In this document: positions 52,950 through 64,000 of the stretch, one piece after another
Position numbering within the stretch: the stretch's first letter is position 1
How the letters are laid out: each line of letters starts with the position of its first letter
Assembly: GCA_001244265.2 (NCBI GenBank)
Contig: CDLV01000006.1
Span: forward strand, 1,054,001-1,118,000
DNA length: 64,000 bases
Reading direction: 5' to 3'
Source of the DNA: Microbotryum violaceum
Lineage: Eukaryota
Program-made: the position numbers and the translations under genes
The notes under the pieces: model-generated
Seen by the model: the letters and a program-made list of their open reading frames with translations, nothing else
Databases searched by the model: none
Told to the model about the DNA's origin: nothing

Positions 52950-55463
52950 TCATGTCCTACTCCGCACTGATCGTCGGAAGAGGAGCTCGATGACGAGGTA
53001 GAGGATTCCATCGACGAAGCCCTGGGCCAAGACAAGCCATCGGCTGACTTTGGCGAACTCGGGCGTGACAAAGTCTTTGGTGACCAGTTGGGTGATGACT
53101 CGCGCGACCGAGACCGAGAACAGGACGAGGTATGCGAGCGGGTACAGGCTCATCAGAAGCGACAGGCGTCGGTTCAGTTGTCGTGCGCTCAGCTTGCGCG
53201 GCACCTTGTCCGGCGTTTGAATAGGCGATTCGGCCGCTTCCGACTGCGAACCAAAGCGATAGTTCGGGTTTAGCATCGAAGCTTCTGCGCAAACAGATGT
53301 CTGCAGTTTGGTAGACGGTATGGGTCGATCGAATGGCACCTGTTCGTTGTCCGGCGAGCAATCGTTGGCCGAGTGCGATGCCGAGGACGGAGGTAGTGCG
53401 ATGATGATGGCCGAACTATCTCGTGTGGGGGGTGCCACGGTTGTGTCCTCTGAACCGACTGACGGTCTTTGGGTTGACAGGTGCTCCTCGGGGAGCGGTG
53501 CCAGCGAGTGTCGGCGGATCTGTGTCATGTCGGATGATCGAGGATTGCAGGAGACTAGACTACTGAATCGTCGCCCAAATCCTGGATCTACGATCGCCGG
53601 CTCCTCCTCTTCCTCGTCGGCGATCGACGACATTGTGTTCTCAAAGATGGACAAGTCCCGTCGTTGGAAGAAAATGAAGAGAGCGATATCTGACCGCGGC
53701 AGCGAAGGCACCAGCATGAGTGGACCGAGTCCGAAAGCACGCACAAGTGCTAAAATACGAGGCTTCGCCCATCCAAGATTCGGACCTCAGCTCACAAATA
53801 CCAATGGTCATAAGCATCGCAATGCCTCGCGGAATGAAAAGCATGATCTTGGCCTCGAGACTCCTGGGATCGTAAAAGCAGCTGTGATGGCGAGTTTGAG
53901 GCAGAGCGGTCAGTGTTCGATACGACGAAGTGCAGATACGCGTCTTGCACTCACATTCCCCCAAGATCAACCATATTCCAGACAATCTGTATGCCATAGA
54001 TGATGGGTGAACCTGGATTAGCAACTGCCCCGGATGAGGATAATGAACCGGTCCCGGTGGATACCCACTGACCGCTCCCACAATGCTCGGCGCAATCCCA
54101 ATAGCATACGCAAGGCCCCAAAGGACCCAGCTCGCACCTCGCTTCTCCAGCGCAGTTGTGAATGTAGATAGCGGATGCACGAGCGTTGTATAGGTCACCA
54201 GCGCGATCATCACCGTCCATACCGCGCTGACGATGGTGCAAGCCTGAAAACGTTGTCAGAGCGTATGGGACCATGTCAGTACGAGGGTTGAATGGTCGAT
54301 TGCGCAGACCGTGAACGACAAGACCCAAACGAAGAGACTCACTTGATCTGATGGCACCGATGCGGGAAAAAAACACGAGCAGGTGATACCGGGCGTGATC
54401 AGCTCGAGTCTCGTTGGTCAGCGGTGGGCCAAACCGCGAATCAGGGAGGCAGTAAACTGGCTCGAACTTGGGACACATGCGCACTCGTGGATGTGGAAGC
54501 GCTTACAAAAGAAGCCAAAGGTATCGCATGCTGCACTGTTCGTTGCAAGCGTTCGTCCTGACAGGCTCAAAGACGTTCCAACACTGCGGTACAAAAGGAA
54601 ACAATGGGACGGGACGTTGTACCCCGAAGGCGAGTTGCGAGGAGGCTGGTCAGCGATCTAGCGCGCGATGTCCGAGTCTGTGCTGCGCCTTGATCGGCGC
54701 GAAACAATGCCCAGTCGAGGCCGGCATGAGCTCGAAGAGATTGAATAAAAAACCAGATCTTGTCAGATGCGTTGCTGTCGCGAAAATCGCCAGTCGTGCT
54801 TCATGCAGGCAGGTCGGTCGTCGGCGCGGCGGATCAGCCGACGGGCATGCGCAATGGCTGGCCTGGCCAAGCGTAATTTCGATCCTTTCGGGGCCCGACG
54901 ACGGGAACAATAGTCCAAGTCGTCAATGGTCGAATTCGGTGAGCGCGGCGGGCGAAAACATTGCGTATCGTCGACGAGCGTACATTCCTCGGGTCCCAAG
55001 GTCGAGATGGCACAGACGAGCAAGCCCAAATCGAGTACTCACACGACGGTGAGAGCGACGATGAAGTCGACGACCCCCAAGCCTAGCACGATGCGCTGCC
55101 TCAGTCGATTCTGACCCGAAGAGAACGACACAATGTATCCGATGATGACGGAAGCGCTGCCCAGTAATGACTGTGGATGAGTAGAAAGGATGACAGCGAA
55201 GCCAGGCTCAGCAACACATTCCCGTGGCAGTAGGTAGGTGGCACCTCGGCTGTCGGCATGGAACTTCGTCGGGTGCTGCGCCGCGCCGAACATGCAGCAG
55301 CAGCCAGCAGTCGATAATAAAGGGAGGGGGCGTGGCGCACAGTCCGACACGACCGTGCTGAGCTTGATGCGGCATCAGCTTCGGCAGTAGACCAACTCAC
55401 CAGACAAGCCACAATGAGATTGGCAATCTTGTCGGAGTGGGTAAAGCCCCCTCGAGTCGCCAT
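52950..55463 (-). CDS. Git3/Gpr1-like G-protein-coupled receptor (7TM)
   Basis: TM1 SLLGSASVIIGY; RLRQRIVLGLGVVDFI; C-x-SGFLFNL; IMLFIPR; long third loop; RRLSLLMSLYPLAYLVLF; LAQGFVDGILY. Confidence 0.75.
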
Positions 55464-57719
55464 GATGGGCGTTTCGAGGCCACGCGTAATCCACTGCGTT
55501 GCGCTGCGTTGTCGATTCACACGGGTTGACGCAGAGCGAGAGAGCAGTATCGCGCGAGGGCTGGCGAGCTGAGGTCGGTGTCTCGGTCCTCGTCTCGGTC
55601 GTTCAAGGGGTCGTAGTTCTTCTGGTTGAACGATGCGCCAGACTGAGGCCAAGACAGCAAGTGCGACACCTGCTGCTAACGCGAGGGGCGAACGACAAGG
55701 CACCGCAAACAACGCGTTGGCCGTAGTGTGATCCGGGGGCATGAGGCGGCATCTCGACCGAGCGCTCCCCGCGCACCGCGTAGCCTGCGAGCGCGGTGCT
55801 GGTGGCGCGGCACCGAGGGCTCGGCGAGGGGTCAGTCGGGCTCAGGGCGGCCGCCGTCGCGAAGATGGGCGGCGGGCGCGCATCCGGTGTTCCGCCGCGT
55901 CCGAGGCGTGTGTGGAGGAACGGTGGTGGCCGCTGCGCACACGCGGCACGCTCAAGCCCAAATGCGAGTTCGACAGGGTCGACATCTCCCGAGCGCCCCG
56001 GTTCGACAATCAAAAAAGCCGAAAAAGTGCGGATCGTGAGCCATGGGTAAGCTGGCCCGGGACTTCAACTTGCAGACTCCGAGATGTAACGATGGATACT
56101 CGAGAATCCACATTTTTCTGTTCCAAATGTCCTGTTTTTAAACCAAGCACTCGAGGATCGCAACTCGGAAGACTTTGAAGAAACCCCGATCATAGCTCGA
56201 AAGATTTCAAAGTGAGTTTGTGTGCCTGGGGGTCTCTGGGGGCCCCATTACTGGTGCAGGAGAGTAGTATCTCGGTATCGCAGACATCATTTGGCGTCGA
56301 TTGGTACTAAGTGCTCCCTAAGTAATGTAGGTATCGGTACTTCGGTAACAAGACCCGCCAGCGTCAACCAGACCACCTACATCCTAGAAACGGAGCGCTA
56401 CTATCAAAACTAGGCAGAACAGCGAAACAAAAACAATGTGATTGTTCTGGTCACCCCTATAGGTAGTAGTGTGAAAATATTCACCGCCGGTGACTTGTAT
56501 CGAAACGAACCCCATCCGCGGACCCGCGACGCAACGAATGAGCCTTGTCGGAGCCACCGCAAACTTTTGCCAAGGCCGCGCGCGGACTTGTGACTCGCCT
56601 CCCGTCGGCGCCCGATCTCAATGGGCAAAATCCAGATCCAGAAACCACCGTTTGAGCAAACGTTCACGGTTTCTCTAATAAGACCTTTGGCCCAAGCTAC
56701 CTACCTTATACAGCTATTTGCCCTGAGTTCTTGTGGTAAGTTGGCGTTCGACGATGAGATAATCTTATCGATGAATGGTCTGGGCCGTTGGAATCAATGT
56801 GTCTCGGTGCCAGCGATAGGCCGCAACGATCCACGGGCCAGCGGCCGCTCGGGCGCGTCAGGCAGGCCGAGGCTGTGGCTCCCTGAAAATGTGTTGTATG
56901 ATGTCGGGCCTACATACGTGAAGGAGAAATATTGCGTATAGATAGGCACCGAATGATGTCTACCGCAACTTAAAGTTGATATACCTAACCAATGGACCGG
57001 CGGTCGCTGGTAAATTCAGCTGGAAAAGGCCGAACAGCTTGGCGTCTAGGCCCACCGCGCTCGGACACCAATCTGCATCTCGGCTACTTCTAGAAGATCG
57101 CCCTGCTCAAGACATTTGATCGGCGGGCGCCGGCCCCGAGCTGTCGATCACTCATCCATATAGGCTCGGGGCCTTGGAGTTTGATGAGCCCTTTGAAGTG
57201 AGATCTTATCCCAGGCGAGCAACAATTTTAATACGCCAGTCAAAAAAAACACTCTGTCGAGTTTTGGTGCTCGGTGGCCGGCACGCGCGAATGGCCGGGG
57301 ACCATCGAAAAATTGACTCCGAAACGAAACTTCCCTATCAGAAGGTCGCTTGACAATGAGTTGACGTATTGTTTCAGTAAGGAAAAACACGAGATGATGA
57401 ACAATGCAGAGAGCAGTCAAAGAAAGAAAGAAGGGAGAAAGAGAAAGAGGAGGCGCACAAGCGCAGCGAGTCAAACGCGAACCCTTCCCTGGGGCAATCA
57501 ACGAGGGGCGGAGGGGGCGATTGTAAGTTCGTAGTGGAAGCAATATGCGAAGGAAAAATGAGTTGAGAGTTTGGGAAGCAAAGGGTGGGAGGAAGCAGTA
57601 AAGAAGAAGGGAGAACGGGCCATAGTGTCTGTTTGTTCTTCCCAGGGTCATGTATAGAAGTGTGCGTGCGAATGGAACAGGAAAGGAGAAGCACGGAGAG
57701 TCCAAAGGACGTGTTCAAT

Positions 57720-60700
57720 CTACCGCTTGACGATAACCTCGAACTTGCCAAAGTCTTCCGAAGACATGGCCCAGATGGCGGACAGTCCTTCGGCGACCGA
57801 CGCGAACGGCTGAATGACGATCGAGCAGAGCAAGTGAACGACGATTTTGTACCACGGTTGCCCGTAGTCGAGCTCCTGGAACAGGATACCGATCAGGTAC
57901 AACGAGAAGAAGGTGATGAAACAGAAGTTGGCCGAGATGGCGATCCACAAGGGCGTGACCGAGTGCTCGATGAAACCCAGGGGTAAGTTGACGATCGTGA
58001 CCGCGAGCGTGAATACACCGACGATCCACAGGTTGATGGCGAAGTTGGGCAAACCGTAGAGGCCCTTGATGTCGCGAATACCCATGAACCAACGGCGACG
58101 CTGCTTGAGGAAATCGCGCAATGTTGTCGGCGACTGCTCTCGGACGAGACCGTGGATACGACCCGACGTGAAGCCTCGTCGCCATGCGTCCTGCGAGAAC
58201 TCGAAATCTTCGGCAAGCGAACCGAAGTCCCACGTACACTCGTTCTCCATCTCGCCGTTCGTCATAAGGAAAGATCCGTGCACACCGAAGACGGGGCGAT
58301 GGATGACCGAGTTTTGGAAGTGGAAACGCGCGAGGTCGTCACCAACACGAATACCATCGGCGACGGTGAAGTACCAATTATCCCAGAAACCTTCGCCGTT
58401 GTACAAAATGATACCTTGACCGAAGTGATGGGGCGTGTAACGGATGAACTCGATGCAGTGGCGGAGCGATTCGGCGTCGGTAACGGATTCTTCGTCCCTG
58501 TGGTCATCGATGCCAAAAGTGGGCTGGCTGGTCAACTTTCTGCAATCAGATGCAATCCAAATCAGAACATTCATTCACGTACATGTGCAGAATCCAATCA
58601 TAGACACCGAGCGAGACGTGATAACGGAAGTAGTCGAGCGCACGAGCCTTGTACTTGGCCTTGCCGAGCGGCGACTTGTACGATTTGGGGCAGACAATGT
58701 TTTGCAGGTCGGGGTAGACGTAGGGCTCGTCCGTCAAGACGACAACCTTGACGGCCGGGTGGTACTTTTCGAGCTTGATGAGCTTGTTGTAACCACGTCG
58801 GACGGCGGCCTCGTTGGATCCCTTGGTGACGAGCACGACGAAGAAGTTGCGGATGTACTCGCGGTGGACGAGGCGCTTGTCCATCACTTCCTTCGGCGGC
58901 GACCGATCGGGCGTGACGAAACCGACGTAAGCGAAGAGGCAGTTGGGCAGCGACAGCACCCACACGAAACGCCACAGCGAAGAGAAGGTGATCGCATCGT
59001 AAGTCCATTCACCAGTAGGGTGGTAAATAGTCCAGATCGTCGTAAGAATAGGGATGACGAAGATGTGACCAACCCAAGCCCAGCCCTGGATATTGAGCAA
59101 CCAGCGCGTGCGCATTGCTTCCTTGTCGTGCGACAAGTCTGAAGTCCAGCGGGTCGAGTGCAATTGCGCGAGCACGTCGGGATCGGTCGGGTCGGGGACG
59201 GCGGGACGAGTGGTGGGAGTGCGCCAGTTCATGATCGTGTGAAGGTTGCCAGTCATCTTGGTCCACTTGCTAGCCGAACCACGAGCCAAGCCCTTGACGA
59301 GAACGATGGGACCCATGATGAGGACGGTAGCGAGGCCACGCGCGGCTTTAAGCGGGAGCGAGCCAGCCGTGTTGGGCTTGGTGACAAAGAGACCATCCCA
59401 GATGTACTTGCCGAGCTTGAGACCGACACGATCCAACAAGTGGTAGCCGACCCAGGCGACGAAGAAGTTGGTCATCAAGGACAGGATGTAGGTCGGCGTG
59501 ACGACGTTCCAGTACGACGTGTCATTCTTCGCAAAGTAAAGGAGCAAGTGGGGCATGACACCATAGAGGGTAAGGAACTGCATGAGGTAGAAACCGTACG
59601 AGATCTTGCCGACCCAGACGAATATACCCCACGAGGTGAACCACTGCATCGCGTGAGACAGTTCGACCCAGAGCAGAATCATGGCAGGCGGGATCCAGTT
59701 CGACATGAGCATGTACTGCGGCCAGATGTTGGACGGGTCGTAGCCGAACTTGGAGTCGTAGACTGAAATGGAACCAGCGGCGCGATCGGCGGGGCCGGCG
59801 ACGGCTGTCCCACCAGCGATCATCGCCATGCCAAGAGCCATGGCAGCGCACTCGATACCGACGGTCAACTTCCACGAGTCCTGGATGACGCGGACGAAGC
59901 CGGCGGCGTGCAAGTCGGCGAAGAACAGGCCAATCATGTAGAGCATGTTCGGCGACGAGATCCACCACAGCGAGACGATGATGGCAGCGTAGAGAGGGTA
60001 ACGACCGCGTGTCGGCAAGGGCGCGAGCACAGCGGCGACGATATAGACCAAGACGGAGCCCCAGAACTGATCGTAGGTCGTCCAGAGCGCCGAACCGACA
60101 ACGAGCATGTATTGATGGTTCGATTCGGTGAAGAGGTCGAGGCAGAATTGCAGGAAACCAGGGAAATTGCCGATGTTGCACCACGTAGGAACCCACAGCG
60201 ACGACGAGATCAAGAAGGTGTTTTGAGCCTCCATAGCGGCGTTGAACAGGTTTGCCTTGCACGTCCTCCACTGAATGAAGCCGACGACGATGGCGGGGAA
60301 AGCCAAGCGGATTGAGCGACGGAACAGAGACGACGACAGGGTGAGCCAACGAGGTCCCGGGGGCTTGCGTGGCGTCAGGGGCTTTTCAGGCTCGTCGTCA
60401 CCGTGAACGACGGGGGCTTTGGGCACGGTCAGCGCCGACTTGAGGAAGGATGCGGCAAGGACGCGACCACCGAGGAGGAAATACATGCCGACCGCGAGTT
60501 GACCGTTGCGCAGGAAGCCTTGTATCGATCCTTCGGCGAGTACGTTCGGGTGCGACGACGACCACGTCAAATCAGAAAAGTGATGGGTGAAGATGATGAC
60601 GGATGCGATGCCACGGAGACCATCGATCCAGTCGAGTCGGTTCGCTCGGCTGATGATGACCGCTGGCGGCTCCCGTGGACCCGGGCCCTTGGCGCCCATG

Positions 60701-61610
60701 TCGGCCGGACCACCGATTGCGGGCGAGCTCGGCGGGATCGTAAAGTCCTTTTCAAGTGTGATCTCATCACCATAACGCGAATCTGCGCGACCGTAGCTTT
60801 CCTTTCCGGGAGCAATCTCGGCAATCGCACCGCGCGACATCTCGCTGCCTTGGTCGTAGGAATGACGCCAGTCGTTGTTCAATGCGACACGCGACGAGTT
60901 GGCCGGTAACCCAGAGTGCATATTCTCTGTCCCAATCGTCGAGGCGCGACCGGACTCGATGCCCGAGTGCTGCCCAAACGAGCCCTCGCGATATCGGCCA
61001 AAGTTGGAGGAGGGTGATGACGGGTTGTATTGGCCCTCCTGGTACCCTGTCGCATAGCCGTGGTGACTCGACTCCGACTATCGACAGAAGGAAACAAACA
61101 GAGGGAGCGAGTCAGCACAACCGAACTGAGATGAGACACTGGCATCGCCAGAGCGAGGTCCAAAGATGTGCGAAAAAAGAGGAGAGCACTAACGTTGTAA
61201 GCGTTGGCGGTGCGGTCGTAGCTACCGTCGCTGCTCATCGTGTCGGGTCGCTGGTGCATCTGTGTAGGCTGATCGACTTTGGTGCCACTGCTGCCACTTT
61301 CATGGCTGCGCTCGTACGAGTCGGCACCGGTCGGTGACCCCGGTTCAGAGTGGTCGCCACCGACGGCCGAGTAGCCCTGCACGCCCGTAGCGGACAGGCC
61401 TTGGTACTTGCGCATCTCGGCATCCGAATCGACAAACGACTCGCGGCGCGACCCGAGGTTTGAGTCGTCGTCATAGTCGTGAAAAGGGCCTAGGGGTGCA
61501 CTGGCGTCCATGTCGGGCGATCGGCGTGCGTGATCGGCGTGACCGGGTTGGCTGGCAGCGATGTGGGCTTCGTAATCCGCTGGGTTATGAGCCGGCCTCG
61601 ATGAGAACAT
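57720..61610 (-). CDS. Acyl_transf_3 acyltransferase fused to Egghead/BRE-3-like GT2 beta-1,4-mannosyltransferase (~1229 aa, 3 exons)
   Basis: Exons 61194-61610, 58583-61077 and 57720-58497 sum to 3690 nt. AT3 motifs: RLDWIDGLRGIA...FTHH, AVGMYFLLGG, FRRSIRL, LWT, GKISYGFYL. GT2 motifs: VTKG, KYKARALDY, HMDEES, GQGIILY, HGSFL, AEDFEF, EQSP...FLKQRRRW, FEVIVK. Confidence 0.88.
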
Positions 61611-63039
61611 GCCACGAAAGACCGTGCAGCGAAACGGGAGAAACGGGAGGGAGATCTAAGCGAGCAAAGACCAGGTGTCTGCTGCGTGCAAGACCGAGGG
61701 GACAAACGACGCAGGGAACGAGCGCGTAGACCAAGTAGACGCTGCGGGCGGAGACAGACGGGTCGGCAACAATGAATGAAGGGAACGAGAGAAGGGCGAG
61801 CGATCAGGGTCAACTAAAACTTCAAAATAGACTTGGTCGTATCATGCTCCGTTTCGTGTTGGGTGGGAAAAAGAGGGCGAACGATGGGCGCGTCGCGCGA
61901 GCGGGCGGGGGTAGATCAAACCAGCTGGCACCCACCGCGCGTGGCCCGGCGGGCGACGTATTCACATCACACGCACCGCACCAGTTTCCGTGCGACCCCG
62001 ACCCAGCATCGGATGTCTCGTGCAAGTTGGTGCAGCAAGCTGTAATAGCGAGGTCACAAACCTAGCCTCTGGTCCTTGCATTACACTGATCGAGGTGTAT
62101 CGTGGTCCAAAGGTCGATGCATGGTGATGTGCCGAGGCCGGATCGCTTCGCAGCACGGACAGCGCCGGGGAGGTCATCGATTCGCCGCGCCCGCCCGTCG
62201 TCGTTCGCCTGGCACCGATCATCGACCCAGCGCTAGCGGCGCTCGGCCGTCGTGACCATGACCGACGCAGCAGGGCACAACAGCACTCCGCCATGGCCCA
62301 GATCAACCAACGCCGACCCTCGACTCTAGACCAGAACCCAATCGTATCGACAGATGACACCCAAGCCGCTTACAGGGGGGGGGCAGGGGAATGTGAAACT
62401 CACCTCGTACGAAACAACGCCCCAAGCGTGTCGGCAGTGGTGGTTCGGACGCAAGTCGCGCGCGAAGAACGACACGCGCCCACGAGAGCAACCAACGACG
62501 ATCGGGTTAAGCGCTCGACAAAAGGCGAGAGCGAGGGTCGACGACTGGTGCAGGGCAGAAGACGATCAAAAGACCTAAACGGGAGGAGAAAAGAGAGAAA
62601 GGGGGGGATGGGGGGATGTTGTGTCGGAGGGATGGGCGACAGCGGGTGAGATCGAGGTTGAGGCAGGAACTAAAGAGCCCGGCGACGCTGTCGTCGCGCA
62701 GGCCCCATGTTTGGGAGAGTTTGGGGGTGGGCAAGCCAGCGGATGCCAGCACCCGGCAGCCGCGCTTGCACACGCGTTGCTAGCAGGCGCCCGCGCAACG
62801 CCACACACTCGTCAAGTCGTTCCATCGCATTCACCTTCAACGACTACTCAATGTGATTTTCAGATGTCAGTAAAAAGAGAGAGAACTATGCGAGTCCTAA
62901 AATCAAGGGGGAAAACCCAGAGAAAAACCGAGACTGAGAGAACCCATCCCTGCTGCACCCGGCACGCGCGGGCGGAGATCGCTTCTCACGGTTTTCTCTA
63001 ACCAAAATAGGAGAAAGTGATGTCCGCGCAACCGCCATT

Positions 63040-64000
63040 CTACCCAAAGAGACTGGCACCCCCTTCAGAAAACAACAACGAGATCGATTCACCGTTATGT
63101 GTCTGGGACGTCGATAGCGATGCATGTCAGGGAAAAGTTGGTCGTGGAGCAATCGCAGTTGGAGAAAAAAAAATCTGCGGGTACTTACTCGGCGAATTGA
63201 CTCGGCGACGACGGGAGAGATGTCCATCACCTCCAGTTTCCCGTGGGCCTGCTTTAAATGCTCAGTCTGGCAGATCGTGTTGGACACCTGTTCGTCACAT
63301 CATGAGAGGGGGGTGTCAGAACAACCGGAAGAGGTACGAGGAGGGATCAGCGAGCACCTACCACGAGCTTTTCTAACGGCAATCGAGCCAACTCGGACAT
63401 GCTCTCTCCAGACAGCAAGCCTGGGTACCACAACGCTCGTCAGCACCTTATTCGATGTCCATTTTTTTTCTCCACATAATTGAAGTGACTTACCATGGGA
63501 TACGACCGCATAGACTTTCCTGGCCCCACTCGCCAAGAGCGCGTTCGTCGCCAACTTAATCGTTCCACCCGTGTCGCACATGTCGTCGATCAAGACCGCG
63601 ACCTTGCCCTTGACGTCACCGACGAGAATCTCCATCCTCGCTTCGGCATTGGGTGCAGCACCCTTCACGCGGTTGCGGTTGATGAGCGCGAAGTCAACAT
63701 CGAGGCGATCGGCGAGCATCGTCGCTCGCTTGGCTCCTCCGGCGTCGGGCGAGACTATGATGGCGTTACGCCAGTCGGGGATGTTCTCCTTGACCCAGTG
63801 GATTATCGACGGCTCGGTCCAGAGGTTGTCAACGGGGACCTCGAAGAAGCCTTGAATTTGACTGGCGTGCAGGTCCATCGTGATGACGTGATTGCAACCG
63901 GCGATTTGCAGCATGTTGGCGACGAGCTTGGCCGTGATAGGTGCACGGGACTTGTCCTTGCGGTCCATGCGCGAGTAAGGGAAGCACGGGATCACGGCGG
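63040..64000 (-). CDS. PRS: Ribose-phosphate pyrophosphokinase (PRPP synthetase); 5' part lies outside the window
   Basis: [86 protein letters not shown]. Confidence 0.96.

Noticed and set aside
55500-57700. Long spacer between the GPCR and AT3-GT2 genes as a possible MITE or ncRNA
   Set aside because: I found no TIR, TSD or RNA motif; it is consistent with a long 3'UTR plus promoter.
58152-60909. Long plus-strand ORFs antisense to the AT3-GT2 gene (and similar ones over ADE16, PEX1 and Opi1)
   Set aside because: Expected shadow ORFs of GC-rich codon usage; no recognisable motifs.

Overview
Intron-rich (GT-AG, CTRAC/CTAAC branch points), GC-rich eukaryotic genomic DNA. Gene content and intron style point to a basidiomycete yeast, probably Pucciniomycotina/Microbotryomycetes-like (inference). 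About 20 host genes can be reconstructed by splicing the ORF fragments: DHA1 MFS transporter, Opi1, ADE16/17, HGH1, nitrilase, two RlpA/DPBB expansin-like proteins, RPL19, two J-proteins, an Sds3-like protein, PLPBP, a class I aminotransferase, APN2, a DHHC palmitoyltransferase, a PMU1-like phosphomutase, PEX1, a CPSF6-like RRM protein, a Git3/Gpr1-like GPCR, an AT3-GT2 fusion and a partial PRPS. Three items stand out. (1) A fully delimited 4.1-kb DNA transposon (42460-46577) has 32-bp TIRs, an 8-bp TSD (ATCTTGCG) and five CGATTTGTAC subterminal repeats. It encodes a Ulp1-like protease, Zn-finger and P-element-like transposase fusion that is now frameshifted and internally truncated. (2) A single ~1229-aa gene fuses an Acyl_transf_3 membrane acyltransferase to an Egghead/BRE-3-like GT2 beta-1,4-mannosyltransferase, a candidate one-protein acylated-glycan synthase. 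(3) A stop-interrupted FEN1/XPG-type nuclease frame runs off the left edge. Splicing oddities include 6- and 15-nt microexons and a GC donor in RPL19, a start codon split by an intron, and distant branch points. Gene boundaries are manual reconstructions. Family assignments come from motif recognition, not database searches.
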